Shown here: one piece after another, positions 9,500 to 17,380 of the stretch
Layout of the letters: each line of letters begins with the position of its first letter
Numbering within the stretch: the stretch's first letter is position 1
Assembly (NCBI GenBank): GCA_047602405.1
Contig: JASGHJ010000001.1
Coordinates: 1,088,001-1,152,000 of the forward strand
Source: Anaeromyxobacteraceae bacterium
GTDB taxonomy: Bacteria; Myxococcota; Myxococcia; Myxococcales; Anaeromyxobacteraceae
Direction of reading: 5' to 3'
DNA length: 64,000 bases
The notes under the pieces: model-generated
What the model was told of the DNA's origin: nothing
The model's input: only the letters and a program-made list of their open reading frames with translations
Database searches by the model: none
Program-made: the position numbers and the translations under genes

Positions 9500-9997
9500 A
9501 TGGCCAACGCCCTGCCCTCGCTCGAAGACCAGATCCGCCGGATGACGCCCGTCGCCGCGCCGCCCGAGCAGCGCGCCCAGGTCGTCGAGCTCTCGAAGGC
9601 GCTCGACGTGATGGCTCAGGCTCGGACGCGCAGCGCACCCGCGTGCAAGCTCGTCGGTCCGGGCGGCAAGGCCATCCCTTTGCCCGAGTCGGTGTTCTAC
9701 GTGCTCGAGCGCGTCGCCGAGGTCCTGGCGCGCGGCGACTCCATCACGGTCGTGCCGGTCGGGCGCGAGGTGACGACCCAGCAGGCGGCCGACCTCCTCA
9801 ACGTCTCGCGGCAGTACCTCGTCAGGCTTCTCGAGGGCGAACGCATCCCCTACCGGAAGACCGGGAAGCACAGGCGCCTGAAGATCGAGGACGTCCTGGC
9901 ATTCAGGGCGAGGCGAGACCAGGAGCGCCGGGAAGGCCTGCGCCAGCTCTCGCGGACGACGCAGGAGTTCGGTGGATACGACTCCGAGTTGAAGTAG
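9500..9997 (+). CDS. Excisionase-family (HTH_17) DNA-binding protein, putative antitoxin
   Basis: GGAGG RBS; EVTTQQAADLLNVSRQYLVRLLEGERIPYRKTGKHRRLKIEDVLAF; adjacent to PIN gene. Confidence 0.9.
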   Translation: MANALPSLEDQIRRMTPVAAPPEQRAQVVELSKALDVMAQARTRSAPACKLVGPGGKAIPLPESVFYVLERVAEVLARGDSITVVPVGREVTTQQAADLLNVSRQYLVRLLEGERIPYRKTGKHRRLKIEDVLAFRARRDQERREGLRQLSRTTQEFGGYDSELK

Positions 9998-10015
9998 TCT
10001 CGGGCGCGAGGCCTC

Positions 10016-10582
10016 ATGGTCCCCGCGCCCTTCGTCGTCATCGTCGACGCGAACCTGCTCTACCCATTCACCCTGCGGGACACGATCCTGCGCGCGGCCG
10101 CGCGCGGCTTCTTCCAGCTCCGCTGGAGCCGCGAGATCCTCGACGAGATGGAGCGCAACCTCGTCGAGCACGCGGTCATGCCGGCGGACAGGGCCGCAAG
10201 GCTGCGGGCGATCATGGAGGCGAACTTCCCGGAGGCCGACGTGTCCGGGTACGAGCTGCTGACCCCCGTCATGCCGAACCACGAGAAGGACCGTCACGTG
10301 GCTGCGGCGGCCGTGAAGGGCGGCGCCCAGGTGATCGCCACGGCCAACCTGCGGCACTTCGAGCTGCTGCCGGACGGGGTCGAGGCTCAAGCGCCGGATG
10401 CGTTCCTGTGCAACCTCTTCGACCTCGACCCGAACGGCTTCGTCGAGCTGCTGGCCGAGCAGGCCGAGGACCTGAAGAATCCGCCGATGACGTTCGAGCA
10501 GCTGCTGGGGCGGCTCGCTCGTGACGTGCCCGAGCTCGTGGCCGGCGTTCTCAGGAGGATCGGACGAGGCGGTGTTCGCTAG
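10016..10582 (+). CDS. PIN-domain protein (VapC-like putative ribonuclease toxin)
   Basis: VIVDANLLYP, WSREILDE, EKDRHVAAAA, IATANLRHF acidic PIN motifs. Confidence 0.9.
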   Translation: MVPAPFVVIVDANLLYPFTLRDTILRAAARGFFQLRWSREILDEMERNLVEHAVMPADRAARLRAIMEANFPEADVSGYELLTPVMPNHEKDRHVAAAAVKGGAQVIATANLRHFELLPDGVEAQAPDAFLCNLFDLDPNGFVELLAEQAEDLKNPPMTFEQLLGRLARDVPELVAGVLRRIGRGGVR

Positions 10583-10628
10583 ACGGCCAAAGGTGCGCGG
10601 CGCGCATGGCGAAGCGCCAGGTGAGACG

Positions 10629-10931
10629 ATGAAGCCAGTACTCGTACTCGATGGCAGTGCGTTCGACGACCTGCAGGGATTCGCCCGCGAGGTGAGCACC
10701 AGTCTCCTCGGAGGGCACCACCCGTTTCACGGCAAGCTCGACGCGTTCAACGACATCCTGCGCGGTGGATTCGGAACGCCAGAGGGTGGGTTCGTTCTGC
10801 GATGGAAGGACTCGGCGAGGTCACGTGCCGCGCTCGGTCCAGGACTCTTCGACACACTCGTTGAGATCATCCGAGATCATGGTCCAGGAGGCGCAGAGGC
10901 GGAGGATGGAGTGCTCCTCGAGCTGGCGTGA
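10629..10931 (+). CDS. Barstar-family ribonuclease inhibitor
   Basis: LVLDGSAFDDLQGF...GKLDAFNDILRGGFG...LRWKDSARSR...FDTLVEII barstar pattern. Confidence 0.8.
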   Translation: MKPVLVLDGSAFDDLQGFAREVSTSLLGGHHPFHGKLDAFNDILRGGFGTPEGGFVLRWKDSARSRAALGPGLFDTLVEIIRDHGPGGAEAEDGVLLELA

Positions 10932-11005
10932 TTGCGCCGTCGGCCTTCACCTCAGCGCACGCCATCCGTTCGTCGAGCGCCTGCAAGCCTTCAGACGGGT
11001 GAGCC

Positions 11006-11413
11006 TCACTCGCCGAGCGACCAGATGCCCGTGCACTTCCCGGCGCTCGTGCAGGACGCGGCATGCAACTCGGGTGGCGGACAGAAGCAGGCGAGGCGCG
11101 TGCACCCCGCGCCGTCGTAGCGCGCGAGGAGGGCATCCAACCTCGCCGTCCGCTCGGGGTTGACCGCCCCCAGGCACTGGCAGAGCCCCTCCAGCGTGAC
11201 CTTGCCGCCCGCATCTTGCTTCGAGACGATGAGCGGACGTCCCGCGTCGCACGAGCCGACCTCCGTGGGGTCACAGACCATCGCATCCGGCATGGCGGCC
11301 TGGTACTCGCGAGCGAGGTCCAGGCACGAGGCGCCGTCACCGCATCCCGCGAGGACGAGCACGGGCAGGACGCACCCCAGCAAGCGCCTTCGCGCGCCGT
11401 CGCTGACGTTCAT
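11006..11413 (-). CDS. Cys-rich hypothetical lipoprotein
   Basis: GGAGGAGGGAG RBS; lipobox VLAGC; many cysteines. Confidence 0.6.
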   Translation of the reverse strand: MNVSDGARRRLLGCVLPVLVLAGCGDGASCLDLAREYQAAMPDAMVCDPTEVGSCDAGRPLIVSKQDAGGKVTLEGLCQCLGAVNPERTARLDALLARYDGAGCTRLACFCPPPELHAASCTSAGKCTGIWSLGE

Positions 11414-11547
11414 GTCTCCCTCCTCCGCTCCGGAGTATGGAACGGCACGCCCCCTGGGAGTGCAACGCGGCGTCCTCCGGGCCCACGGCAAGTTGTCGCC
11501 CTCCCGGTGCTCACGCGGGCCAGGTCATCGTGGACGGTGCCGTGACC

Positions 11548-14082
11548 TCACCCCCCGCGCCACCACGTCCACTTCACCATGAACGAGTCGACCTTCGGCC
11601 CCCGGAAGAGCTCCGGCGTGCCAATCCCGTCCGGCGGCGCGCGGTCGCCCGGCGGCGGGAGCTCGCTCTGCGAGCGCGTGTACACGACGTAGATCGTCGA
11701 GCCGAGCCGGTACTCCCAGCGCAGGACCGCGTTCACGTTCACGACCGCGTCGTGCGCGCTCGGGTCCTTGTCGTAGGTGATCGGGACGAGATCGGAGTGG
11801 GAGAGGTCGCGCCGGCCCACGATCGAGGCGCCGTAGAAGGTCGAGCCCCAGCGGATCGCCTGGCTGAAGAACTGCACGTAGAGCTGGGCGGTGAGGCGCG
11901 GCGTGAAGACGAGCTGTTGACGGAGCGTGAGCGAGAGGAACTCCGGATCCTGCACGCCGAAGACGGCGGTGCCGTCGCCGAGCGTCTCGATCCAGCGCGG
12001 GCCCTGGGGCTTCAGCCCGTAGGCGCCCTCGAGCCGCGTCTCGAGCCTCGGGTGCGGCCGCCAGCTCGCCGCGAGGTCCCAGCCCCAGCCGGTCTTCGCC
12101 GTGAACGGGCCCGCTCCGATGGTGCGGATCAGGAACACGTCCCCGTTCGCCTGCAGCGCCTGGTGCGGGTCGGACGCGAGCACGAGGGCGACCCAGCCGT
12201 CGCTCGTGCGCTCGAAGGGCACGCCGGCCCGGACAATCTCCCTCGCGTCGTACTGGAGGACCTCCAGCGCGACGCGGACGCCGATCTTCTGGTACCCGGG
12301 GAGCTGCAGCGACGAGTAGACGTTCGTGTTGACGCCCCGGGGGAGCCGGCCGTCCGCGGTCCAGTTGAGGTCGAGGTTGTAGTCGACCTGGAACGCGTGG
12401 AACGGGCCGATGCCGTTCGGACGGACGTAGTGGAGGTTCAGGTCCGCCCACTGGTAGTCGGCGAACGGCTGGAAGCCGATGCGGTTGAGGTCGAGCTTCG
12501 GCGGCTGGTAGACGTACTGAACGTCGAAGCGCCACGGCTCGCCCCGGAGCTTCCCCCAGCGCATGTGGCCGCCGAGGCCGAGGTCGCCCGAGTGCAGCAC
12601 GGTGCCGTCGCGCAGCGTGCGGCCCGCGGAGCCCCCGCCGACCGCCTGGGACAGCGAGAGCTGGCCGAAGCCGCCCCACTCGCCCGCGTCGTTCAGGTCG
12701 AGGGCGAGCGCGTTCGCGCCGGTGACGCCGCAGCCGGCGCCCTCGTAGCAGCGCTGCTCGAGCGGCGTCGCCGCCGCGACCGTGACCCCGGCGCTGAGAT
12801 CGCCCGCGAGCTTCTTCCGCGCGACGGCCGCGAAGTAGTTCGTGGTGACGGGGCGCTCCGCCGGGAACGCATCTTCCGGCCCGAAGCGGAACGGCTGGCG
12901 CGCGTGGAGGCGCCAGCGCCGGTCGGGATCATCCTCGGGCGAGTCGCTCGCCGCCCCCATGACGACGCTGTCGAGCACCCCCACCTCGAGCCCGGGCCCG
13001 GCGTTCCCGGTGAGCTTCGCCGCCGCGAGGATCGGCGCGTCGAGGCCCACGCGGCGCGAGTAGAAGAGCTGCTGCTGGGTCCCGTACTCGAAGCCGACGG
13101 GCTGGAAGATGTCGAGCCCCTCGAGGAAGAACGGCCGCTTCTCCGGGAAGAACTGCTCGAAGGTGGAGAGGTTCTGGATCACCTCGTCGGTCTCGACCTG
13201 CCCGAAGTCCGGGTTCACGGCGCCGGTGAGCGTGAGCCGGCGCGTGAGCGGGAGCTTGAGGTCGAGGCCGACGTCGAGGATGGGGTCCACGAGCCGCGGG
13301 TTCGGCCGGGCGGGATCCGAGTACTGCGGCCGCAGGATCCCGCGCGCCGCCACGTACGGCAACAGCTCGAGCGGGCGCGGCGGATCCACGCCGGCGAGCC
13401 CCTCGAGGCGGCCGAGCCGCGAGACCACGAGCTCGCCGGGCTTGCGCGGGTTGGCCTCCTGGGGGACGAGCGTCGAGCCGAACACCTGGTGCGTCCTCGG
13501 CACGTGCCGGCGCACGACGAAACCCCACGCCTGCCCCGCGTCCTCGCCGAGGCGGAGGGAGCGGAACGGGATGGCGAGCTCGGCGCCCCAGCCCTGCTCG
13601 CCGACGTGGACGGCGGCGTCCCAGACCGCGTCCCAGCTGTCGGTGGTGTTCACGTCGCCGAAGAGGAGCGCGTCGCGCAGCACGCCCGCCGCGTTCACGA
13701 CGAAGACGTAGGCGGTGCGGCCGCCGGCGCCCGGGTCGATCGCCACCTCGACGCGGTCGGAGGTGGTGTCGGTGTCCCGCCGGGCGAGCTGACGGATGAT
13801 CCGGTCCGGCGCCGGGTCCGAGCAGGTGACCGCGACGTAGAGCGTGGTGTCGTCGAAGACGACCCGGAGCTCGGTCGGCAGGCTCGCGGGCGCTCCCGCC
13901 TGCGGGAAGCTCTCGACGAACCGGGAGAAGACCGGCGCCTCGGCCCAGTCGGGTTCATCGAGCCGCCCGTCGAGGTGGATCTCGCCGGTGGCCCGGCGCG
14001 CGACGACGGGGTCGGGCTCGGCGGCAGAAGCGGCGCCGGAGAGCAAGCAGGCGAGAGCCGCGAGACTCCAGCGCTTCAGCAC
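11548..14082 (-). CDS. CBM9-like / DUF5916 outer-membrane protein
   Basis: Signal peptide, IHLDGRLDEPDW N-terminal CBM9-like domain, AVNPDFGQVETD and FFPEKRPFFLEG motifs, aromatic C-terminus. Confidence 0.85.
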   Translation of the reverse strand: MLKRWSLAALACLLSGAASAAEPDPVVARRATGEIHLDGRLDEPDWAEAPVFSRFVESFPQAGAPASLPTELRVVFDDTTLYVAVTCSDPAPDRIIRQLARRDTDTTSDRVEVAIDPGAGGRTAYVFVVNAAGVLRDALLFGDVNTTDSWDAVWDAAVHVGEQGWGAELAIPFRSLRLGEDAGQAWGFVVRRHVPRTHQVFGSTLVPQEANPRKPGELVVSRLGRLEGLAGVDPPRPLELLPYVAARGILRPQYSDPARPNPRLVDPILDVGLDLKLPLTRRLTLTGAVNPDFGQVETDEVIQNLSTFEQFFPEKRPFFLEGLDIFQPVGFEYGTQQQLFYSRRVGLDAPILAAAKLTGNAGPGLEVGVLDSVVMGAASDSPEDDPDRRWRLHARQPFRFGPEDAFPAERPVTTNYFAAVARKKLAGDLSAGVTVAAATPLEQRCYEGAGCGVTGANALALDLNDAGEWGGFGQLSLSQAVGGGSAGRTLRDGTVLHSGDLGLGGHMRWGKLRGEPWRFDVQYVYQPPKLDLNRIGFQPFADYQWADLNLHYVRPNGIGPFHAFQVDYNLDLNWTADGRLPRGVNTNVYSSLQLPGYQKIGVRVALEVLQYDAREIVRAGVPFERTSDGWVALVLASDPHQALQANGDVFLIRTIGAGPFTAKTGWGWDLAASWRPHPRLETRLEGAYGLKPQGPRWIETLGDGTAVFGVQDPEFLSLTLRQQLVFTPRLTAQLYVQFFSQAIRWGSTFYGASIVGRRDLSHSDLVPITYDKDPSAHDAVVNVNAVLRWEYRLGSTIYVVYTRSQSELPPPGDRAPPDGIGTPELFRGPKVDSFMVKWTWWRGG

Positions 14083-14172
14083 ATGACCTCGGCAGGTTGA
14101 ATCACGAGTGAAAGAGGTCCTACGCGCCCAGGCGTGACGCGACATCTTGGGCGCAGTCCCGCCCGCGTTCGC

Positions 14173-15017
14173 TCAGTCGACCCAGCGCACGCCGTCCACC
14201 CAGGCCAGCCCGTCGCGCTCCACCGCCTCAGCGTTCCGCACGACCTTGCACCAGGCCGAAAGCCGCACCGTGTCGTGGTCCACGTGCCGGACGCGCCCGC
14301 GGACGAGCACGAAGGCCGGCGCGGCGGAGCGCCCGGGCACGTCGGCCTCCGGCGGCACGGCCGGCGTCGCGGGCACCTCCACGCGCTCGTCCGCGACGTG
14401 CGGGTTGCGGCCCGGCCCGACCGGGACGCCCCGCTGCACGACGGTGCGCTTGGCGCGGAGCGCCTCCTCCAGCGCGGCGAGCTCGGCGGAGGTCGCCGGC
14501 GGGAAGAACCACTCGCCCTGCCGCGGCACCGCGCCCGCGCGGGCGACCTCCGGTGCCCTCAAGGCCGCGTGGGCCGCGCGGTGGTGACCGCCCGCGGCAG
14601 CCGGCAGATGAACAGCTGGCGCTCGTCCCGGCCGCAGAGGAAGTGGCGCTTGCGGGCCGGCGCGCGGCGCTCGACCCAGACCCGCGAGCGGTCCTCCCGC
14701 ACGATGGCGGCGCCTCGGAGGTCGAGGGTCCCGTTCTTCCAGAACATCTGGTGGAACGAGCGGGGCGGCTCGTGGACGAGGAGGACGAGCTGGTGGAGCG
14801 CGGGGTCCACGCCCTCCACCTCCACGCGGTTGTTTGCGGCGCCCGGCCAGATGCGGAAGTACTCGTCCCTCCCCTTGCCGACGATGGTCAGCTGGAAGAT
14901 GTCGGCGGAGTCCACCGTCCCGGGGAACTGCGCGGCGGTCGCGCGGCCCCGGTCGATCACCTCGGCGCGGAGGTTCGCGGCCGCGAACCGGCGCACCAGC
15001 AACTCGGAGTTGCCCAT
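14173..15017 (-). pseudogene. Uncharacterised RQGEWFF-motif protein split by a 1-nt frameshift near 14580 (pseudogene or sequence error)
   Basis: GGAGAG RBS then MGNSELL...HFLCGRDERQLFICRLPRAVTT in one frame; continues as RAAHAALR...RQGEWFF...VRGRVRHVDHDTV...WVD-stop in another frame. Confidence 0.7.
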
Positions 15018-15230
15018 GTCGCTCTCCATGCAGGCCGGCAAAGGCCTGCGGTCGGTTGTCTTCGTGCTGTTCGGACGACCAACGATGGGGCGACCACGGG
15101 AACCTCCTTTCCTGCGACGTGACTGAGGGTGTACGCCTCCGGCGCGCGCGCGTCAACGGGTGGGGCGCCGCCGAGGGCGTGTCCGGGGTGGGTGGAGAAT
15201 GAAGCGGCGGCGCCGGTGCGAAGCGGGTGT

Positions 15231-15264
15231 TATCCCACCGTATCCTATTCGAGACGGCCGTATA
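15231..15264 (+). promoter_or_regulatory. Putative RtcR upstream activation sequence for rsr
   Basis: TATC-N6-TATC-N6-GAGA-N6-TATA at 10-bp period; CCGTATCCT shared with 20499-20507 upstream of rtcB. Confidence 0.5.
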
Positions 15265-15328
15265 AGGCGTCAGACCCGCCCGTCCAGGGCTCCCCAGCCT
15301 ATTCGCCCACTTGCAGGCGCCCCGACGC

Positions 15329-15346
15329 TGGCACGCCCGCTGCTCT
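15329..15346 (+). promoter_or_regulatory. sigma54 (-24/-12) promoter of rsr-Y RNA operon
   Basis: TGGCACGCCCGCTGCTCT (GG-N10-GC), identical to the rtcB promoter core. Confidence 0.85.
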
Positions 15347-15420
15347 ACCGGTCCAAGTCGCACGCACCCCGCCGCCCGGCCGGAGTCGAGGCCGGGCGGC
15401 GGTGGGGCAGGGAGATCGCC

Positions 15421-16971
15421 GTGGCCAACAGGAACCTGTTCCGCTCCATCTTCGGAAAGCTCATCCCTTCCGCCGACGCGGTGAACGAGGCCGGCGGCCG
15501 CGCCTACGCGCTCGCCCCGAAGGCCGCGCTCGCGCAGTGCGCCGCGACGGGCTGCCTGAACGGCGTCTACTACGCGACGGCCGAGACCCAGCTCGACCAG
15601 GTCCTCACCCTGGCGGCCGGCGTGGAGCCGGCGTTCGTCGCGCGCACGGCGGTCTACTCGCGCGAGCGCGCCTTCATGAAGGACATGCCGGCGCTCCTCC
15701 TCGCGCACCTCAGCGTCCGCGAGCCGGACCTGTTCGAGCGGGTGTTCCCGCGGGTCGTGACCGATGGGCGCATGCTCCGCACCTTCGTGCAGATCCTCCG
15801 CTCGGGCGCCGTCGGCCGGAAGTCGCTCGGCTCGCGCCCGAAGCGGCTCGTGCGGGAGTGGCTGGCCTCGCGCGACGGGGACCAGGTGTTCCGCGCCTCG
15901 GTGGGCCAGTCGCCGTCCATCGCGGACATCGTGAAGATGGTCCACCCGCGCCCCGAGGGCGACGAGCGCCGCGCCCTCTACGGCTACCTGCTCGGCCGCG
16001 CGCACGACGCCGCGGCCCTGCCGCCGACGGTCCGCGCGTACGAGGCCTTCAAGGCGGGCGCCTCGACGATCGTGCCGGACGTCCCGCACCTCATGCTCAC
16101 GGCGCTGCCGCTAGGGCACCGGGAGTGGAGGGAGATCGCCCTGCACGCGAGCTGGCAGACGGTCCGCATGAACCTCGCCACCTTCGCTCGGCACGGCGTC
16201 TTCGAGGAGCCGGGCCTCGCCGAGGTGATCGCGGCGAAGCTGCGCGATCGCGAGGCGATCCGTCGCGCGCGGGTCTTCCCGTACCAGCTGCTTGCCGCCC
16301 GGATGATGGCGGACGGCCTGCCGCTGTGCGTGAAGGATGCCCTCGCGGAGGCGCTCGAGCATGCGACCGAGAACGTGCCGGCGGTCCAGGGCAAGATCTA
16401 CGTTTGCCCGGACACCTCCGGGTCGATGGGCTCGCCCGTGACCGGTCACCGCACCGGCGCGACCTCGAGCGTGCGGTGCATCGACGTGGCGGCGCTCGTG
16501 ACGGCGGCGCTCCTCCGGAAGAACCCGGAGGCCGAGGTGCTGCCGTTCGCCGAGGGCGTGAAGCGGGCGCGGCTCGACCCGCGGGACACCATCGCCACGA
16601 ACGCCGCCGCGCTGGCGGGGCTCGGGGGCGGTGGGACGAACTGCAGCGCGCCGCTCGCGGAACTGAACCGCCGCGGCGCGAGGGGTGACCTCGTGGTGTA
16701 CGTGTCGGACAACCAGTCGTGGATCGACGTCCACGCAGGGAGGGGCACCGCGACGATGGAGGAGTGGAACCGCTTCCAGCGGCGCAACCCGCACGCGAAG
16801 CTCGTGAACATCGACATCCAGCCGTACGTGACCAGCCAGACCGCGCCGCGCGCCGACATCCTCAACGTCGGCGGCTTCTCGGACCAGGTGTTCGAGGTCG
16901 TCTCGGAGTTCCAGCGCGGAGGCCACGACGGCGCGTACTGGATCCGGACGATCGAGGAGGTGACCGTCTAG
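15421..16971 (+). CDS. rsr: Ro60-related RNA-binding protein (TROVE + vWA domains)
   Basis: GGAG RBS + GTG; MANRNLF..NEAGGRAY, MKDMPALLLAHL, GRKSLGSRPKRLV, RMNLATFARHGVF, FPYQL, MIDAS DTSGSM, GGGGTNCS, SDNQSW, VGGFSDQVF. Confidence 0.95.
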   Translation: MANRNLFRSIFGKLIPSADAVNEAGGRAYALAPKAALAQCAATGCLNGVYYATAETQLDQVLTLAAGVEPAFVARTAVYSRERAFMKDMPALLLAHLSVREPDLFERVFPRVVTDGRMLRTFVQILRSGAVGRKSLGSRPKRLVREWLASRDGDQVFRASVGQSPSIADIVKMVHPRPEGDERRALYGYLLGRAHDAAALPPTVRAYEAFKAGASTIVPDVPHLMLTALPLGHREWREIALHASWQTVRMNLATFARHGVFEEPGLAEVIAAKLRDREAIRRARVFPYQLLAARMMADGLPLCVKDALAEALEHATENVPAVQGKIYVCPDTSGSMGSPVTGHRTGATSSVRCIDVAALVTAALLRKNPEAEVLPFAEGVKRARLDPRDTIATNAAALAGLGGGGTNCSAPLAELNRRGARGDLVVYVSDNQSWIDVHAGRGTATMEEWNRFQRRNPHAKLVNIDIQPYVTSQTAPRADILNVGGFSDQVFEVVSEFQRGGHDGAYWIRTIEEVTV

Positions 16972-16975
16972 GAGT

Positions 16976-17056
16976 GGGAGGGAGCCGAATGCTGGCCGGG
17001 AGTACATCGCTTGGGACGATATTCGCTCTCTGTGACGTCCTCGTCGGCTCCCTCCC
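16976..17056 (+). ncRNA. Y RNA-like element 1 (short, no tRNA-like domain)
   Basis: 13-bp terminal stem GGGAGGGAGCCGA/TCGGCTCCCTCCC; GCCGAATGC Ro-binding-type motif; GGGAGTACA and CGTCC motifs shared with elements 2 and 3. Confidence 0.7.
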
Positions 17057-17065
17057 TGCAGTACG

Positions 17066-17220
17066 TCGTTCGATGGACGAAGCGCCGGATGCCGCCGGGA
17101 CTACACTCCAACGTGCCAGGTCGCGGGTTCGAGTCCCGCTCCGGGGTGTCCCCTCGGGTAGCTCAGCTGGTAGAGCAGGACGTCTCGGCAACACTCGCCG
17201 GCGCTTCCTCGATCGAACGA
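17066..17220 (+). ncRNA. YrlA-like Y RNA with circularly permuted tRNA-mimic domain
   Basis: Terminal stem with GCCGGATGC/CTCGCCGGC; T arm GCGGG-TTCGAGT-CCCGC (17123-17139) precedes a loop-closed 7-bp acceptor-like stem (17140-17158) and D arm TAGCTCAGCTGGTAGAGCA (17159-17177). Confidence 0.9.
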
Positions 17221-17223
17221 TCA

Positions 17224-17376
17224 TCGACGGCCGCACGGACGGGCGGCGAATGCTGCGGGGACTACATGGTCCTTCGCCGGGGTTCGAGCCCCCGGGCAGG
17301 CGCAGCAAGCCTGCGGGCGGGGTCACACCCGCTACGTCTCCGCGCCCTCGTCGCCGCCCGTCCGTGCGGCCGTCGG
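17224..17376 (+). ncRNA. Y RNA-like element 3 with T arm and non-canonical D arm
   Basis: Long stem CGACGGCCGCACGGACGGGCGGCGA/TCGCCGCCCGTCCGTGCGGCCGTCG; GGCGAATGC, GGGGACTACA; T arm CCGGGG-TTCGAGC-CCCCGG; GCAGGC/GCCTGC and GCGGG/CCCGC hairpins. Confidence 0.85.
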
Positions 17377-17380
17377 CTCA

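Noticed and set aside
15160..15420. Upstream extension of the rsr ORF
   Set aside because: It overlaps the sigma54 promoter; the GTG at 15421 has an RBS and gives the family-typical MAN..LF start.
17123..17180. Apparent tRNA gene (perfect T arm; D arm identical over 21 nt to tRNA-Phe at 8875)
   Set aside because: Arms are in permuted order (T before D), the acceptor stem is closed by a loop and there is no anticodon loop, so it is a Y RNA tRNA mimic. The D-arm identity reflects a common consensus, not an att duplication.
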